This document shows, piece after piece, positions 25,024-34,089 of a DNA stretch of 36,124 bases (position 1 is its first letter; every line of letters begins with the position of its first letter). The stretch covers positions 1-36,124 of IMG/VR virus record IMGVR_UViG_3300027804_000127; one strand, 5' to 3'. Source of the DNA: a virus. Taxonomy: Duplodnaviria; Caudoviricetes. Under the pieces are notes generated by a model. That model saw only the letters and a program-made list of their open reading frames with translations, was not told the origin of the DNA and ran no database searches. The translations under genes and the position numbers were made by a program.

Positions 25024-25079
25024 GGGGGGAGAGCTGTGCAAAGGATTTTCCTAGCTTGCAGACGAGCAGTTTTCCCTCC
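25024..25079 (+). ncRNA. Candidate structured RNA element
   Basis: 13-bp outer stem GGGGGGAGAGCTG/CAGTTTTCCCTCC with three G-U pairs, enclosing TGCAA/TTGCA and AGGA-ttt-TCCT. Confidence 0.5.
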
Positions 25080-25094
25080 ACCTAATAGGAGTTA

Positions 25095-25436
25095 ATGATG
25101 AGTTTACTAACGAGCGTGTATTTTAAAGATACCTTTAACAGACTCTTTGGTTCAGAGCCAAAGATGATGGTCAGGACCACAGATCCAGATACAAGCATGG
25201 ATGCTGCTGAGAAGGTTGACTCAACAACACTTGAGCAACAGGTCTATGAAGTTATAGCCAAGTATCCAAATGGATGTATCTCAGACGAGATACTTGAACA
25301 CTTCCCAGACAGAGGTGTTCAAACAATTTCACCACGTTATGCACCTTTGATCCGCAAAGGATTAATTGAAGATACTGGTGAAAGACGCAAATCAAGTACA
25401 GGCCATTCTCAACGTGTTTTGAAAGCAATTAAATGA
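25095..25436 (+). CDS. Winged-HTH protein
   Basis: R.TDPDTS.DAA...VYEVI...GCISDEI...ISPRYAPL..KGLIEDTGERR...G..QRV. Confidence 0.7.
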   Translation: MMSLLTSVYFKDTFNRLFGSEPKMMVRTTDPDTSMDAAEKVDSTTLEQQVYEVIAKYPNGCISDEILEHFPDRGVQTISPRYAPLIRKGLIEDTGERRKSSTGHSQRVLKAIK

Positions 25437-25615
25437 TAGAAAAACCCCCATATTCAAAGATCAGTTATCCATCTATGCCAAACAAAGATTTCAAATGGGA
25501 ATCAGGTTCGGATGTCCAAGCCATTTGGAGAAAGCATGGATGGACTCCACCCTCAGAAAAAATGCTTCCACCACCACCTGAGAAATATCAAGAGCCGTTA
25601 AGGAGAGTTAGATGA
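25433..25615 (+). CDS. Hypothetical protein
   Basis: 60 aa; ATGA overlaps; DVQAIWRKHGWTPPSE. Confidence 0.65.
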   Translation: MIEKPPYSKISYPSMPNKDFKWESGSDVQAIWRKHGWTPPSEKMLPPPPEKYQEPLRRVR

Positions 25616-25917
25616 GTTACGCTGCAGTTGAAATCAAGATAATCCAATGGGCAGAAGCCCGAAAGATTATTCCAAACAGTACACCAGACGTTCAGCTTTT
25701 AAAAGCAATGTCAGAGATGGGAGAACTAGCAGATGCCACGATTAAAAATGACAGGGAAGCTATTGTGGATGCTGTTGGTGATGTCATGGTCTGTCTTATC
25801 AATTACTGCGCTCTACAGGACATTCATCTGGTAGACTGCATGGAAGTTGCATACGATCAGATCAAGAATCGTAGGGGTACTCTTTTGCCTAATGGAGTCT
25901 TCCAGAAGGAAATATGA
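25612..25917 (+). CDS. MazG-like NTP pyrophosphohydrolase
   Basis: QLLKAMSEMGELADA...IVDAVGDVMVCL...AYDQIKNRRG....G.F.KE. Confidence 0.85.
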   Translation: MSYAAVEIKIIQWAEARKIIPNSTPDVQLLKAMSEMGELADATIKNDREAIVDAVGDVMVCLINYCALQDIHLVDCMEVAYDQIKNRRGTLLPNGVFQKEI

Positions 25918-26123
25918 CCATGAAATTTGAAATGGAATTTGGTATTTTCAATGACAAACTAGTTATTGAAACAAGTGACTTTGACATCATAAAGATATTC
26001 CAAGAGTTTGTTATGTTCCAAGAGGCTTATGGGTGGGCGGTTAACTATAAAGCAGTTGATCCTGATGATGAAATTAAAGAAGAAATCCCGCCATTTGCGT
26101 TAGACACTTACGAGCCTTTGTAA
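25914..26123 (+). CDS. Acidic hypothetical protein
   Basis: 69 aa; ATGA overlap; AAGGA RBS. Confidence 0.6.
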   Translation: MTMKFEMEFGIFNDKLVIETSDFDIIKIFQEFVMFQEAYGWAVNYKAVDPDDEIKEEIPPFALDTYEPL

Positions 26124-26124
26124 G

Positions 26125-26268
26125 CTACTTTGCCAGTAGGTAAAGACCTACATTTGAGAAAGCATAACCCGCATAGACAATAGCCATGTGTGGGTTATCT
26201 TTCAATAGCTGTTCACCAGCAATGTAGGCATAAATTGCCCCCGTCAAGATGATTAGCCAAGCACTCAA
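26125..26268 (-). CDS. 47-aa two-helix membrane peptide (not in ORF track)
   Basis: TTG start overlapping the phosphoesterase stop; MSAWLIILTGAIYAYIAGEQLLKDNPHMAIVYAGYAFSNVGLYLLAK. Confidence 0.6.
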   Translation of the reverse strand: MSAWLIILTGAIYAYIAGEQLLKDNPHMAIVYAGYAFSNVGLYLLAK

Positions 26269-27251
26269 AATGCACCTACATCAATCACTTCGCCCCTAAA
26301 TTGAATCATGTCTTCGTCAAACTTGTGGACGAGTTCAGGCCATAAAAGCTGACCATTGAAGAAGTTTAGCACCGCAAACCCTGATCTGTGATTATTTGGG
26401 TTTATCTCAGCATAAGTAAATTGTGGGCCATCAGTCTCGGCTAAAGTTCCCGTATCTACCCCGTACCGAACCCCGTTGTAGTCAGAAAAAGGTGTAACTT
26501 TTAAAGAATGTAAATGTCCAGTAACCACCGACACACCAGCGTTCACAGTATTGTTATGTGTGGCATGGACTCCACCCTTATATCGGTGCTTGATGATGAC
26601 ATCTTCAGTAGGCCATACTGCCCAACAAAAGTCCCAATCTGGGATATGGTCTGTCAACTTAAACCCCTGAACTTCTTTAAACTGAGGTGCGTGTTGGGCT
26701 AATCTATTGCCAAACCGAATATCGTGATTTCCCCATGTAAACAAGAGCTTTACATTGTGTCTGGCAGCTTTAGCGGCTTCCTCTATCTCATCTAGCGCAC
26801 CCTGACAAGCCTTTAATTCTTGAATGACAGAAGTCTGAGGTTGGTCAGTTACATCATGGCGAGATATAGACGCTCCATCGAAAGCATCTCCGTTACATAT
26901 CACCGCCTTGGGTTTGAACTGTTCTATAGCCCATAGAAGCCCTTTAAAGGCAGTTGTACGTTGACCAGGTATAAAGTGGGCATCTGAGAACACAATTACA
27001 CACCCGTCCAGCATCCCAAGTTCTATTTGTTTTAAAGGAGAGAAAGATTTAGGCTTGTTTTTATCGTATTTAACACCACGATGGTCAATTGCGGGAAGTG
27101 CCATGTTGTATTGTTTTTCAATCCACCTTCTGCGAAGATGAGTTGCTCTAACACTTATTCCAAGATGCTCTGCTACTCTTGTTGCAGATTGAAGTTGACC
27201 CCATAGTTGGATAAACTCGGTATCAGTACACGTTTCGTTATGTCCACTCAT
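26265..27251 (-). CDS. Calcineurin-like metallophosphoesterase with N-terminal HTH
   Basis: SDAH, NGDAFD, GNHD, H, GHLH motifs; N-terminal SATRVAEHLGISVRA. Confidence 0.85.
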   Translation of the reverse strand: MSGHNETCTDTEFIQLWGQLQSATRVAEHLGISVRATHLRRRWIEKQYNMALPAIDHRGVKYDKNKPKSFSPLKQIELGMLDGCVIVFSDAHFIPGQRTTAFKGLLWAIEQFKPKAVICNGDAFDGASISRHDVTDQPQTSVIQELKACQGALDEIEEAAKAARHNVKLLFTWGNHDIRFGNRLAQHAPQFKEVQGFKLTDHIPDWDFCWAVWPTEDVIIKHRYKGGVHATHNNTVNAGVSVVTGHLHSLKVTPFSDYNGVRYGVDTGTLAETDGPQFTYAEINPNNHRSGFAVLNFFNGQLLWPELVHKFDEDMIQFRGEVIDVGAF

Positions 27252-27613
27252 CAGGAATCCTTAGATAATAACTTTTCTAGTAGATTGATGACCCTATGTT
27301 CTTGCATTTCAACCTCATCTTGAGATGATTTTGGGTCTTGTGCCACAGTCATTAAATCGTGCAGAAACACATGAAGCAACTCATGTAAAGCAGTCTGATC
27401 CAGAGACTCAGGTGTGATCTTCTCAGCACCAAAATCACCTAGTCTGTAAGTAGCCAATCGAGCAGAAGTATTAAACTCAACAGAAGCCATAGCAGCCTTT
27501 GCTGGTTTACTTCCTTTTTCAATTCTCCAATCCCCCAGACTAAGCACTTGTTGCCACTTTTTGACACTTTGTGCAAAGAATTTTGTATCTTCTGGCGTAG
27601 GAATGTTAGGCAT
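27251..27613 (-). CDS. Small HExxH (zincin-like) protein
   Basis: WQQVLSLGDWRI...TALHELLHV...QEHRV. Confidence 0.65.
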   Translation of the reverse strand: MPNIPTPEDTKFFAQSVKKWQQVLSLGDWRIEKGSKPAKAAMASVEFNTSARLATYRLGDFGAEKITPESLDQTALHELLHVFLHDLMTVAQDPKSSQDEVEMQEHRVINLLEKLLSKDS

Positions 27614-27648
27614 TTCAACACCTTATACAGTATTTATGACAATTATAT

Positions 27649-28245
27649 TTAACTTGTTAAAACTTCAAGTGCATGATTTATATGTTTAATGCGGTCTTCA
27701 AGGCCAATAAAACCGCCATTTATCTTCTTAGTCATGGTTTTAAAATCACGCACATCAGCAAATTGGTTGAGCTTGTGAGTGTCCCAAAACCACCCTGCTG
27801 TGAGGGCAGCGTACTGAGGAGTAGCCACCAAATCAGGCTCCATAATGAAGTCAACACCTAGTGCCTGACCTGCATGATGGTAGTTCGCAGAGCCTGTCAA
27901 CTGAATACATCCTCGGCCTCGGAAACGCCATCCATCCCCTGAAGCCTCATCCCTGTTGCCCATACGAGAGCTATAAACAGTATTGGCAATCAATTTAGGA
28001 TTACGAGCGCAAGCTTGTGCTTTGGCAGCATCAAAGCGTTTAGGCCATAACTTCTGCAAAGCTTCTGCACGATAGTTTAAATTCTCTTCAAGAATCCTAA
28101 AGTTGCCACACTCATGCCCACATTGACCAATAAATGCCGCTTGGCGAACTGGCGTATCAATGTTGAAACGATCAAAAGTAGCGTTCAGAGCATCTACCCA
28201 TTGATTACCAATATGTAATCTAGCTAATTGTTCACTTGTTACCAT
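27649..28245 (-). CDS. Endolysin, glycoside hydrolase family 19
   Basis: AAFIGQCGHEC..F..LEENLNY...GDGWRFRGRGCIQLTG..NY...AGWFW...TKKINGG..GL.DR. Confidence 0.92.
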   Translation of the reverse strand: MVTSEQLARLHIGNQWVDALNATFDRFNIDTPVRQAAFIGQCGHECGNFRILEENLNYRAEALQKLWPKRFDAAKAQACARNPKLIANTVYSSRMGNRDEASGDGWRFRGRGCIQLTGSANYHHAGQALGVDFIMEPDLVATPQYAALTAGWFWDTHKLNQFADVRDFKTMTKKINGGFIGLEDRIKHINHALEVLTS

Positions 28246-28729
28246 TTAGCAAATCTCTCATCTGGTTGTACGAGTCTACGCAAGCGTTCAAAGCGACAGT
28301 ATTCTTATCACCTTGAGCGACTATTTCTGCGATGGCATCGATGGTTGCTCTTTCGGCATCAGAAGGTTCATTAGCCTGTCTGTCAGGTTGGCTGGTTGCT
28401 TTTGGATCTGCGCTGGTAGAGGCGGTACTTGTGGGGGTTTGTAAGTTACTTGGGGGGCAGAGGCGCAACTTGCCAGCACGATTGGCAACAGCAAGAGCAG
28501 AAGTTTTTTTGTTGATAGCATCATTGGCTTCCTGAAGTTTGGCAGATTGTTGAGAAAGTTTTTCAGTCATGTTTTGCTCGATCTGACGAGCTTCTTCATT
28601 CTTTTTGGCAATGGCAATCTTCATGTCGTTATCACGCTCTAGCCATCCATAGTGGTGGCCTACTTGGTATGTACCAAAGAGAGATACCATCACACCCACT
28701 ATCAACCAAGGTAAAGGTATAGGTAACAT
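28232..28729 (-). CDS. Inner-membrane spanin (Rz-like)
   Basis: N-terminal TM, coiled coil, AGKLRL, and a C-terminal GD....LNAC..SY; adjacent to the endolysin. Confidence 0.8.
   Translation of the reverse strand: MLPIPLPWLIVGVMVSLFGTYQVGHHYGWLERDNDMKIAIAKKNEEARQIEQNMTEKLSQQSAKLQEANDAINKKTSALAVANRAGKLRLCPPSNLQTPTSTASTSADPKATSQPDRQANEPSDAERATIDAIAEIVAQGDKNTVALNACVDSYNQMRDLLNGNK
28321..28524 (-). CDS. Outer-membrane spanin lipoprotein (Rz1-like) embedded in the i-spanin gene
   Basis: MMLSTKKLLLLLLPIVLAS-C lipobox, Pro-rich mature region, AGGAAG RBS; alternate frame fully inside Rz. Confidence 0.8.
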   Translation of the reverse strand: MMLSTKKLLLLLLPIVLASCASAPQVTYKPPQVPPLPAQIQKQPANLTDRLMNLLMPKEQPSMPSQK

Positions 28730-29274
28730 TATTCAGCCTCTTTTCTTGCCATTGCCATGTGTTCACGCTCTTCAAAATCTTCCAAGTAATCTGGAGGAGT
28801 AGTTGGAGGTGGTCCAGGTGTCCATGATTCATCTAACTCAGGGTTCTTCCAAACAGGCATTGCACCAAATGGTTGACTAGGCAAACCATACGCAGACTGC
28901 GGAGGGGCATAGGAAGAGTTAAAACCGCCCTGAGAGCCTCCATATCCCATTGGTTGACACATTGGTTGCGTTGGAGGATTAAACGCTCTAGCGGCAGTAG
29001 ACATAGCCCGTTTACCAATAACACCACCGATACCACCCACGATCAACAGAACAATGTCGTTCAGCATCTTGGTATAGGCTTGGTCAATCGGAGCCATGCT
29101 CTTGATAGGCTGAGTCACAAAGGTGACAGAATACAGTAAAGCAGCAACAATGAACATGAGAATAAGCGTGACTGCAATCACAACAAACCCCCAAATCCTT
29201 ACCTCAATCTCTTCAGTTGTTAGGCTTGTTTTCTGGTTGGACATCATTGATTTTTTTCTCCAAGATTGGGGCAA
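28729..29274 (-). CDS. Two-TM membrane protein with Pro-rich tail (holin candidate)
   Basis: TM1 IWGFVVIAVTLILMFIVAALLYSV, TM2 IVLLIVGGIGGVIG; the true start is probably MMSNQ near 29247. Confidence 0.6.
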   Translation of the reverse strand: MPQSWRKKSMMSNQKTSLTTEEIEVRIWGFVVIAVTLILMFIVAALLYSVTFVTQPIKSMAPIDQAYTKMLNDIVLLIVGGIGGVIGKRAMSTAARAFNPPTQPMCQPMGYGGSQGGFNSSYAPPQSAYGLPSQPFGAMPVWKNPELDESWTPGPPPTTPPDYLEDFEEREHMAMARKEAE

Positions 29275-29416
29275 CTAAGTACTCAGGGCAAGTCTGAGTG
29301 AATTGGCATCTAGGTTTTTGACATTGTTCAGCATGGAAATTGTCTGGGTTTTGGCAAAAATAGCGATATTTCTCATCACAACCAGTTAGCAGTAAAAGAA
29401 GCAATAAATATCTCAT
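29213..29416 (-). CDS. Cys-rich lipoprotein
   Basis: MRYLLLLLLLTG-C lipobox; four more Cys (YRYFCQNP..F...QCQKPRCQFTQTCPEYL). Confidence 0.8.
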   Translation of the reverse strand: MRYLLLLLLLTGCDEKYRYFCQNPDNFHAEQCQKPRCQFTQTCPEYLVAPILEKKINDVQPENKPNN

Positions 29417-29568
29417 TTGCCAAGTCCAATCTTTCCAAGTAGAAGATTAACAATTCTGTCTGACAGATCATCAGGAAGAAACTTTAGAAAACCCAAGAAA
29501 TAAAGTGCCACTAACCCGTAAACGAATATTTTTAAGCACAAATCAAAGGTTTTCTGGTACTCATTCAC
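29413..29568 (-). CDS. 51-aa single-TM protein (not in ORF track)
   Basis: GTG start; MNEYQKTFDLCLKIFVYGLVALYFLGFLKFLPDDLSDRIVNLLLGKIGLGK; GTGA and ATGA overlaps. Confidence 0.7.
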   Translation of the reverse strand: MNEYQKTFDLCLKIFVYGLVALYFLGFLKFLPDDLSDRIVNLLLGKIGLGK

Positions 29569-30062
29569 CGACCACACCTTCTAGTTGCTTCACAGAATGT
29601 CATCAGCTCATTCACACCGACAAACACTAAAAAACAAACAAAGAAAATGCCACCAATGAGAAGTCCCATTTCTAGTTGTTCTTGCTCTTTCTGCTTGGCT
29701 GCTTTCTCTGCTTTCTTTAATGCGCTTATCTCTTTAGCATCTGCCAAGTCCATCTCTGCTTGACGAGCTTTAATCTTGTTCCAAACGTCAATCTTGCCTG
29801 TTTGCATGAAGAGCATCTTTAACTCTTCTTCAAACGCTCTGGCTTGCTCTAGTGCCATCTCAATCTGTAAAGCTGTTCCCATATTGGAACCTTTTCCAGA
29901 CTGCTTGGCTTGAAGCATAGCCTTGGTAGCAGTTGACTTGGCATCGAAAAGTTTGCCAATCATTGGCGCAAGTGAGCCTAGGTCATTGGCAACATTAGCT
30001 GCCTTTTTGACCATGCTGATTGCTGACTGTATGCCAGCTAGAGCTGTTATAGGATCAATCAT
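29565..30062 (-). CDS. Coiled-coil protein with C-terminal TM
   Basis: MIDPITALAGI...EEELKMLF..TGK.DVW.KI...GLLIGGIFFVCFLVFVGV. Confidence 0.75.
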   Translation of the reverse strand: MIDPITALAGIQSAISMVKKAANVANDLGSLAPMIGKLFDAKSTATKAMLQAKQSGKGSNMGTALQIEMALEQARAFEEELKMLFMQTGKIDVWNKIKARQAEMDLADAKEISALKKAEKAAKQKEQEQLEMGLLIGGIFFVCFLVFVGVNELMTFCEATRRCGR

Positions 30063-30211
30063 TTTTTTTCAACCTTTTGCCACTCAAGGCATACTACCTT
30101 TCGGTTGTAAACATCACCTGTCCATGCCCACCTGACACAACGATATTCAGTTTTGTCTTTACTAGATGCCACCAATGTAAACAACATTGATGACATTAGT
30201 AACCATTTCAC
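30059..30211 (-). CDS. 50-aa secreted-type peptide with a Cys pair (not in ORF track)
   Basis: MKWLLMSSMLFTLVASSKDKTEYRCVRWAWTGDVYNRKVVCLEWQKVEKK; GTGA and ATGA overlaps. Confidence 0.65.
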   Translation of the reverse strand: MKWLLMSSMLFTLVASSKDKTEYRCVRWAWTGDVYNRKVVCLEWQKVEKK

Positions 30212-30300
30212 GGGAAAGCCCAAATTATTATGTAACTACAAAACACAATAAGACAAACTAGAAAGAATGCCGTAACAAATGCTAGGGCAAAGTCTTTCAT
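30208..30300 (-). CDS. 30-aa hydrophobic peptide (not in ORF track)
   Basis: MKDFALAFVTAFFLVCLIVFCSYIIIWAFP; starts 1 nt after the upstream stop. Confidence 0.55.
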   Translation of the reverse strand: MKDFALAFVTAFFLVCLIVFCSYIIIWAFP

Positions 30301-30301
30301 G

Positions 30302-32503
30302 TTATCTAGGCAATAAGAAGCGATCAGCATCAAACTGAGGTATCTGACCTAATCCATAATTAGTCATGGGATCAGATGTGATTCTGTTTAACAGACCTGG
30401 TGCTTGCGGTTGCGAACTAGGCAACATATTACGTTGGAACATTGGAGATACTGCAACAGAACGCAATGTGGGTCTTGTAGCGGCACTCACCATAAGTGCA
30501 GGATTTCCAGATGCCGCACTAGCGATACCTGCGGTTCCAATGTCTAATGGACTGAAGCCTGGAACACTTCCAATTCTTGCTACATTTTGGAAAGCACTTG
30601 GATATGCGCCTGCGGCATTTGCCAAAGTTTGTAGTTCAGCAGGAACAATCTTTCCTTTTCTAGCAAGCGTTCCCAAATCAGCACCAGATACATTTCCAGT
30701 AGTTGCATTCAAAGCTTTTTCAATGGTGTAGCTTTTAGCAATATCCTCACGAGCTTGCTTAAAGTTCTTCATCACATCAGGTTGATTAAAGTTTGTTAAG
30801 TTACGCTCTGCAAGGGCTTCTAGTTGTTTAGCAGCAAATTTTTGCGCTCTACCAAGATCTTTATCTCTAGCATTAGCAAGAGGTGATGAATTTGTTTGTG
30901 CGCTATCTCTAAGTCGTTTGATAGACTCAACCAACTCATCCCCATTGAAGTTAATTTGCTTTAAATTATTCAACAGATTTAATTCTGCGGATACATCTAA
31001 AGCTTTCATGTTTTGCAGTCTAGCTGTTTCTTTATTGAGATCTGCAAAAAACTGTTTATCTGCATAATAAGTGGGGTTAGCTCTTAAGGCATCGTATGCC
31101 AAACCTTTTTCAGCTCTAAATTGTTGCAATACTTGTGGTGTAATTTCAACATCAGGACCCAACTTTAAAGCTTTACGAGCTTGTTCATTAACCAATTGCT
31201 GATTCTTAACGGAAGCAATCTGGCTTGTCTGTTGTTTACCAGAAATACCCTCAATAATTCTGTTTAACATTGAAGGATTAACTTGTGTCGGAGGCAATGT
31301 AGCGCCTTCAGCAATAGCACGTTCAGCAACCAATTGAGCCTGTGTTAACTTAGCTGGCGCTCTGGGTGTAGTTACCGCACTAACAGTAGCAGTTGGCAAT
31401 GTCATTAATGCACCAGCAACAGTTTCATTTGCTAGTTGCAAAGGATTAATAGTGCCAGTATCTGCCGCTTGTGCAGCAGCAGAAGTTAATCCAGCAGTAG
31501 TCGATCCAGTTAAAACATTTTGAGATAAAGCAGCAGTTCTTGGAGCTATCTGTGTAAGAGCAGTAGGTGTACCCGCAACAATGGATTTCTGTAAAGCGCC
31601 AGGCAACAACAAATTAGTAGGATCAAGCAAACCAGTACCCATACCACCAACAAGAAGCCCTGGACGCTCTGTAGCCACCTTATAAGTGCCTTTTAGAATG
31701 TCGCTTATGGATGGAGTTGGTTGGGCAACAGGTTGTGGTTTATTACGATCTATGCCAAGGTATTCATCAGATAACCCAAGCGCACTTAAACCACCCTTAA
31801 TGCCTTGAGACATCAAATTAGCCGTGCCAGAGATTAACTGTCCAGTAGTAGTCTTGCCACGCAAAACATCTAATGGGTTAAAGCTTGCAGCAACGTCTTG
31901 TTGAAACTGAGTTCTTGGCTGAAATGCTTGTTGTCTAACACTCTGCATGAATTCAGCAGGACTAGGTGTGGCTTGTGTTTGTTGTACTCGTTGTTGAACT
32001 TGTTTTTGTGAACCAGTAAACGGCACAAAATCATCAGTTTCTACAGTTTGAGTAGGCGCTTGAGTTGCTGTACCTTGTCCGAAAGGAACAAACTCGTCAT
32101 CAGTTGTAGATTTAGACATAAAGTTTTGAACCTTTTGTACATAATTTTGAGTCTCTTTAAATGGAGGAATACCGCCATACTTTTGAACATTCCCAGGACC
32201 AGCGTTATAAGCCGCCATGACCAAACTAGGATCTTCAAACTGTTGTGATAATTGGCTTAGATATTTAACACCACCTCGGATGTTATCTTTCCAATCCATT
32301 CTGTTAACACCTAAATCTTTGGCAGTAGCGCCCATTAACTGCATTGGCCCATAGGCACGATCACCAGTTTTAGTTTTAGGTCCAATGGCATTAAAAATAC
32401 CTTGTGACTCTGTATCAACTACGCCTTGAACCAATGAAAGAGGAACACCTTGGCGCTCTGCCTCTTGAGCAGCAAAAGCAAAGATTTCGTCTTTAGTCGC
32501 CAT
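30302..32503 (-). CDS. Ejection/internal virion protein with N-terminal SLT lytic transglycosylase domain
   Basis: VVDTES (catalytic Glu), GPMQLM..TA, AAYNAGPGNV..YGGIPPF.ETQNYV; long helical remainder. Confidence 0.88.
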   Translation of the reverse strand: MATKDEIFAFAAQEAERQGVPLSLVQGVVDTESQGIFNAIGPKTKTGDRAYGPMQLMGATAKDLGVNRMDWKDNIRGGVKYLSQLSQQFEDPSLVMAAYNAGPGNVQKYGGIPPFKETQNYVQKVQNFMSKSTTDDEFVPFGQGTATQAPTQTVETDDFVPFTGSQKQVQQRVQQTQATPSPAEFMQSVRQQAFQPRTQFQQDVAASFNPLDVLRGKTTTGQLISGTANLMSQGIKGGLSALGLSDEYLGIDRNKPQPVAQPTPSISDILKGTYKVATERPGLLVGGMGTGLLDPTNLLLPGALQKSIVAGTPTALTQIAPRTAALSQNVLTGSTTAGLTSAAAQAADTGTINPLQLANETVAGALMTLPTATVSAVTTPRAPAKLTQAQLVAERAIAEGATLPPTQVNPSMLNRIIEGISGKQQTSQIASVKNQQLVNEQARKALKLGPDVEITPQVLQQFRAEKGLAYDALRANPTYYADKQFFADLNKETARLQNMKALDVSAELNLLNNLKQINFNGDELVESIKRLRDSAQTNSSPLANARDKDLGRAQKFAAKQLEALAERNLTNFNQPDVMKNFKQAREDIAKSYTIEKALNATTGNVSGADLGTLARKGKIVPAELQTLANAAGAYPSAFQNVARIGSVPGFSPLDIGTAGIASAASGNPALMVSAATRPTLRSVAVSPMFQRNMLPSSQPQAPGLLNRITSDPMTNYGLGQIPQFDADRFLLPR

Positions 32504-34080
32504 TATTGACCTACTGTATATGTAGAACCATCAGGCTTCTTAATCAGGATAGCACCAGTTGACTTACTACGTCCCACTGTAAAGCCAGATGGCATTACTG
32601 GAGTTCCTTGTGACCCGCCTTGTTGCCAAGAAGAAATTTGCTCATTAAGGAACTGATTAACTTTTGGATGGTTATACAAACGTGGGTTATCAGGAGAGTT
32701 AGCCCATGCCGTATAAACAGCTTTAGGATCACCAGTATAGGCATCAATGAATCTCTGACGAGCATCATCTTTATCTGCGGCAGCAATCTCCAATGCAGAA
32801 ACATACTTGGTAACAAACTTAGGATCAGTTACACCAGTAGTCGCCTTATCAACGATGCCGCCCTCAAACGCATTGGCGTTACCCTTAATATTGCTCAAGC
32901 CTTTTAAAACACCTTCAGAACGTGTTTTGTTCAGCAAGTTAACATTACCAACTAATGAGTCAAATTTATCGCCAACACCAGGTATAGCTCTCATGTAAGC
33001 CGCACCAGTACTGAAAAACTCCGTCAGTTTATTCGGATCAAGTTGTTCAGCAGCGTTATATAAATATTCAGCAGAAGTCTTACGATCATTAACTGTTAAT
33101 GCGGCATCAAGAGCAGTCTTGGTAAACTCATTGTACCGATTAGACGTTGCAAGATTAACTGCTTCTTGAGCAGGAGAAATCTTAGCCACTCCGCCACTAG
33201 GTGCGCCACCACCTACACCACCAGTTCCACCAGTAGTTGGACGCTGAGTAAGAAGAGAAGACCTAGGGACAAAATATGTTTTCCCATCTGCGCCAACAAC
33301 TTGTTCAACTTGACCTGCGGCTTGTCCAACAGCTTCAGCGGCTTTTATAGAAGTTAAAGCTTCTGTAGAACCAGGTATAGCCATCTGCTGAATTGCACCA
33401 GTAGGTCCAACCCCAAGCATAGTATTGGCAGACACTTCAGGCTTCTGAGTCATCAACTGAGACATCATGTAGTTCTGCACAGGATTAGCCGCATACTGTC
33501 CTGTAGCAAGATTTAGTTGTTGTTGAATACCATCTTTTGAAGTTGGGACTGAGCCAACAACATTTCCACTTGCATCAACACGAAGATCGCCTACAAACTT
33601 AGGCTGCATAGCAGTTAAGGTTTCACGAATCTGTGGTTGTGCAGGGTTTCCTGCCAAACGTAATGACTCAGTTAATGCTTTTTGATAGTCAATTGGTTGA
33701 TTAATTAACTGTGGTTCAACTCGGCCTAATGGTGCGCCTAGTTTGTTTGCCAAGGCATATGGACTAGATAAGTCTGGCTCTCTACCCAAAGTCGCATTCA
33801 ATGCCCTTCTACCTGCTTGTTGTTCAGTAGGAGCATATTTGCTTGTAAAGGCTGCTAATTCATCTTGCTGACGTTGAGCAATTTGAGAATCACGAATCAT
33901 CTTCTGCATACTTAATGAAGTAGATGGAATATCCATTGCAGACTTAAAGCCGATGCCAGGATCACCACTTAGCAAACTACCCAACAAGAATTGTTGAGTG
34001 GCTTGCTTTTGCATTGCTTCTTTATCAGCAGCAGACAAGCCCGTCAATGCGGCATCAGATAACAACCCAATATTAAACAT
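32503..34080 (-). CDS. Ejection/internal virion protein
   Basis: 525 aa, Ala/Gly/Gln-rich and helical; middle gene of a three-gene set; AAGGAG RBS. Confidence 0.65.
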   Translation of the reverse strand: MFNIGLLSDAALTGLSAADKEAMQKQATQQFLLGSLLSGDPGIGFKSAMDIPSTSLSMQKMIRDSQIAQRQQDELAAFTSKYAPTEQQAGRRALNATLGREPDLSSPYALANKLGAPLGRVEPQLINQPIDYQKALTESLRLAGNPAQPQIRETLTAMQPKFVGDLRVDASGNVVGSVPTSKDGIQQQLNLATGQYAANPVQNYMMSQLMTQKPEVSANTMLGVGPTGAIQQMAIPGSTEALTSIKAAEAVGQAAGQVEQVVGADGKTYFVPRSSLLTQRPTTGGTGGVGGGAPSGGVAKISPAQEAVNLATSNRYNEFTKTALDAALTVNDRKTSAEYLYNAAEQLDPNKLTEFFSTGAAYMRAIPGVGDKFDSLVGNVNLLNKTRSEGVLKGLSNIKGNANAFEGGIVDKATTGVTDPKFVTKYVSALEIAAADKDDARQRFIDAYTGDPKAVYTAWANSPDNPRLYNHPKVNQFLNEQISSWQQGGSQGTPVMPSGFTVGRSKSTGAILIKKPDGSTYTVGQ

Positions 34081-34089
34081 ATAAACTCC

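Noticed and set aside
27615-27635. Second LexA box (TACTGTATAA on the minus strand)
   Set aside because: Half-site only; no CAG at N10 spacing.
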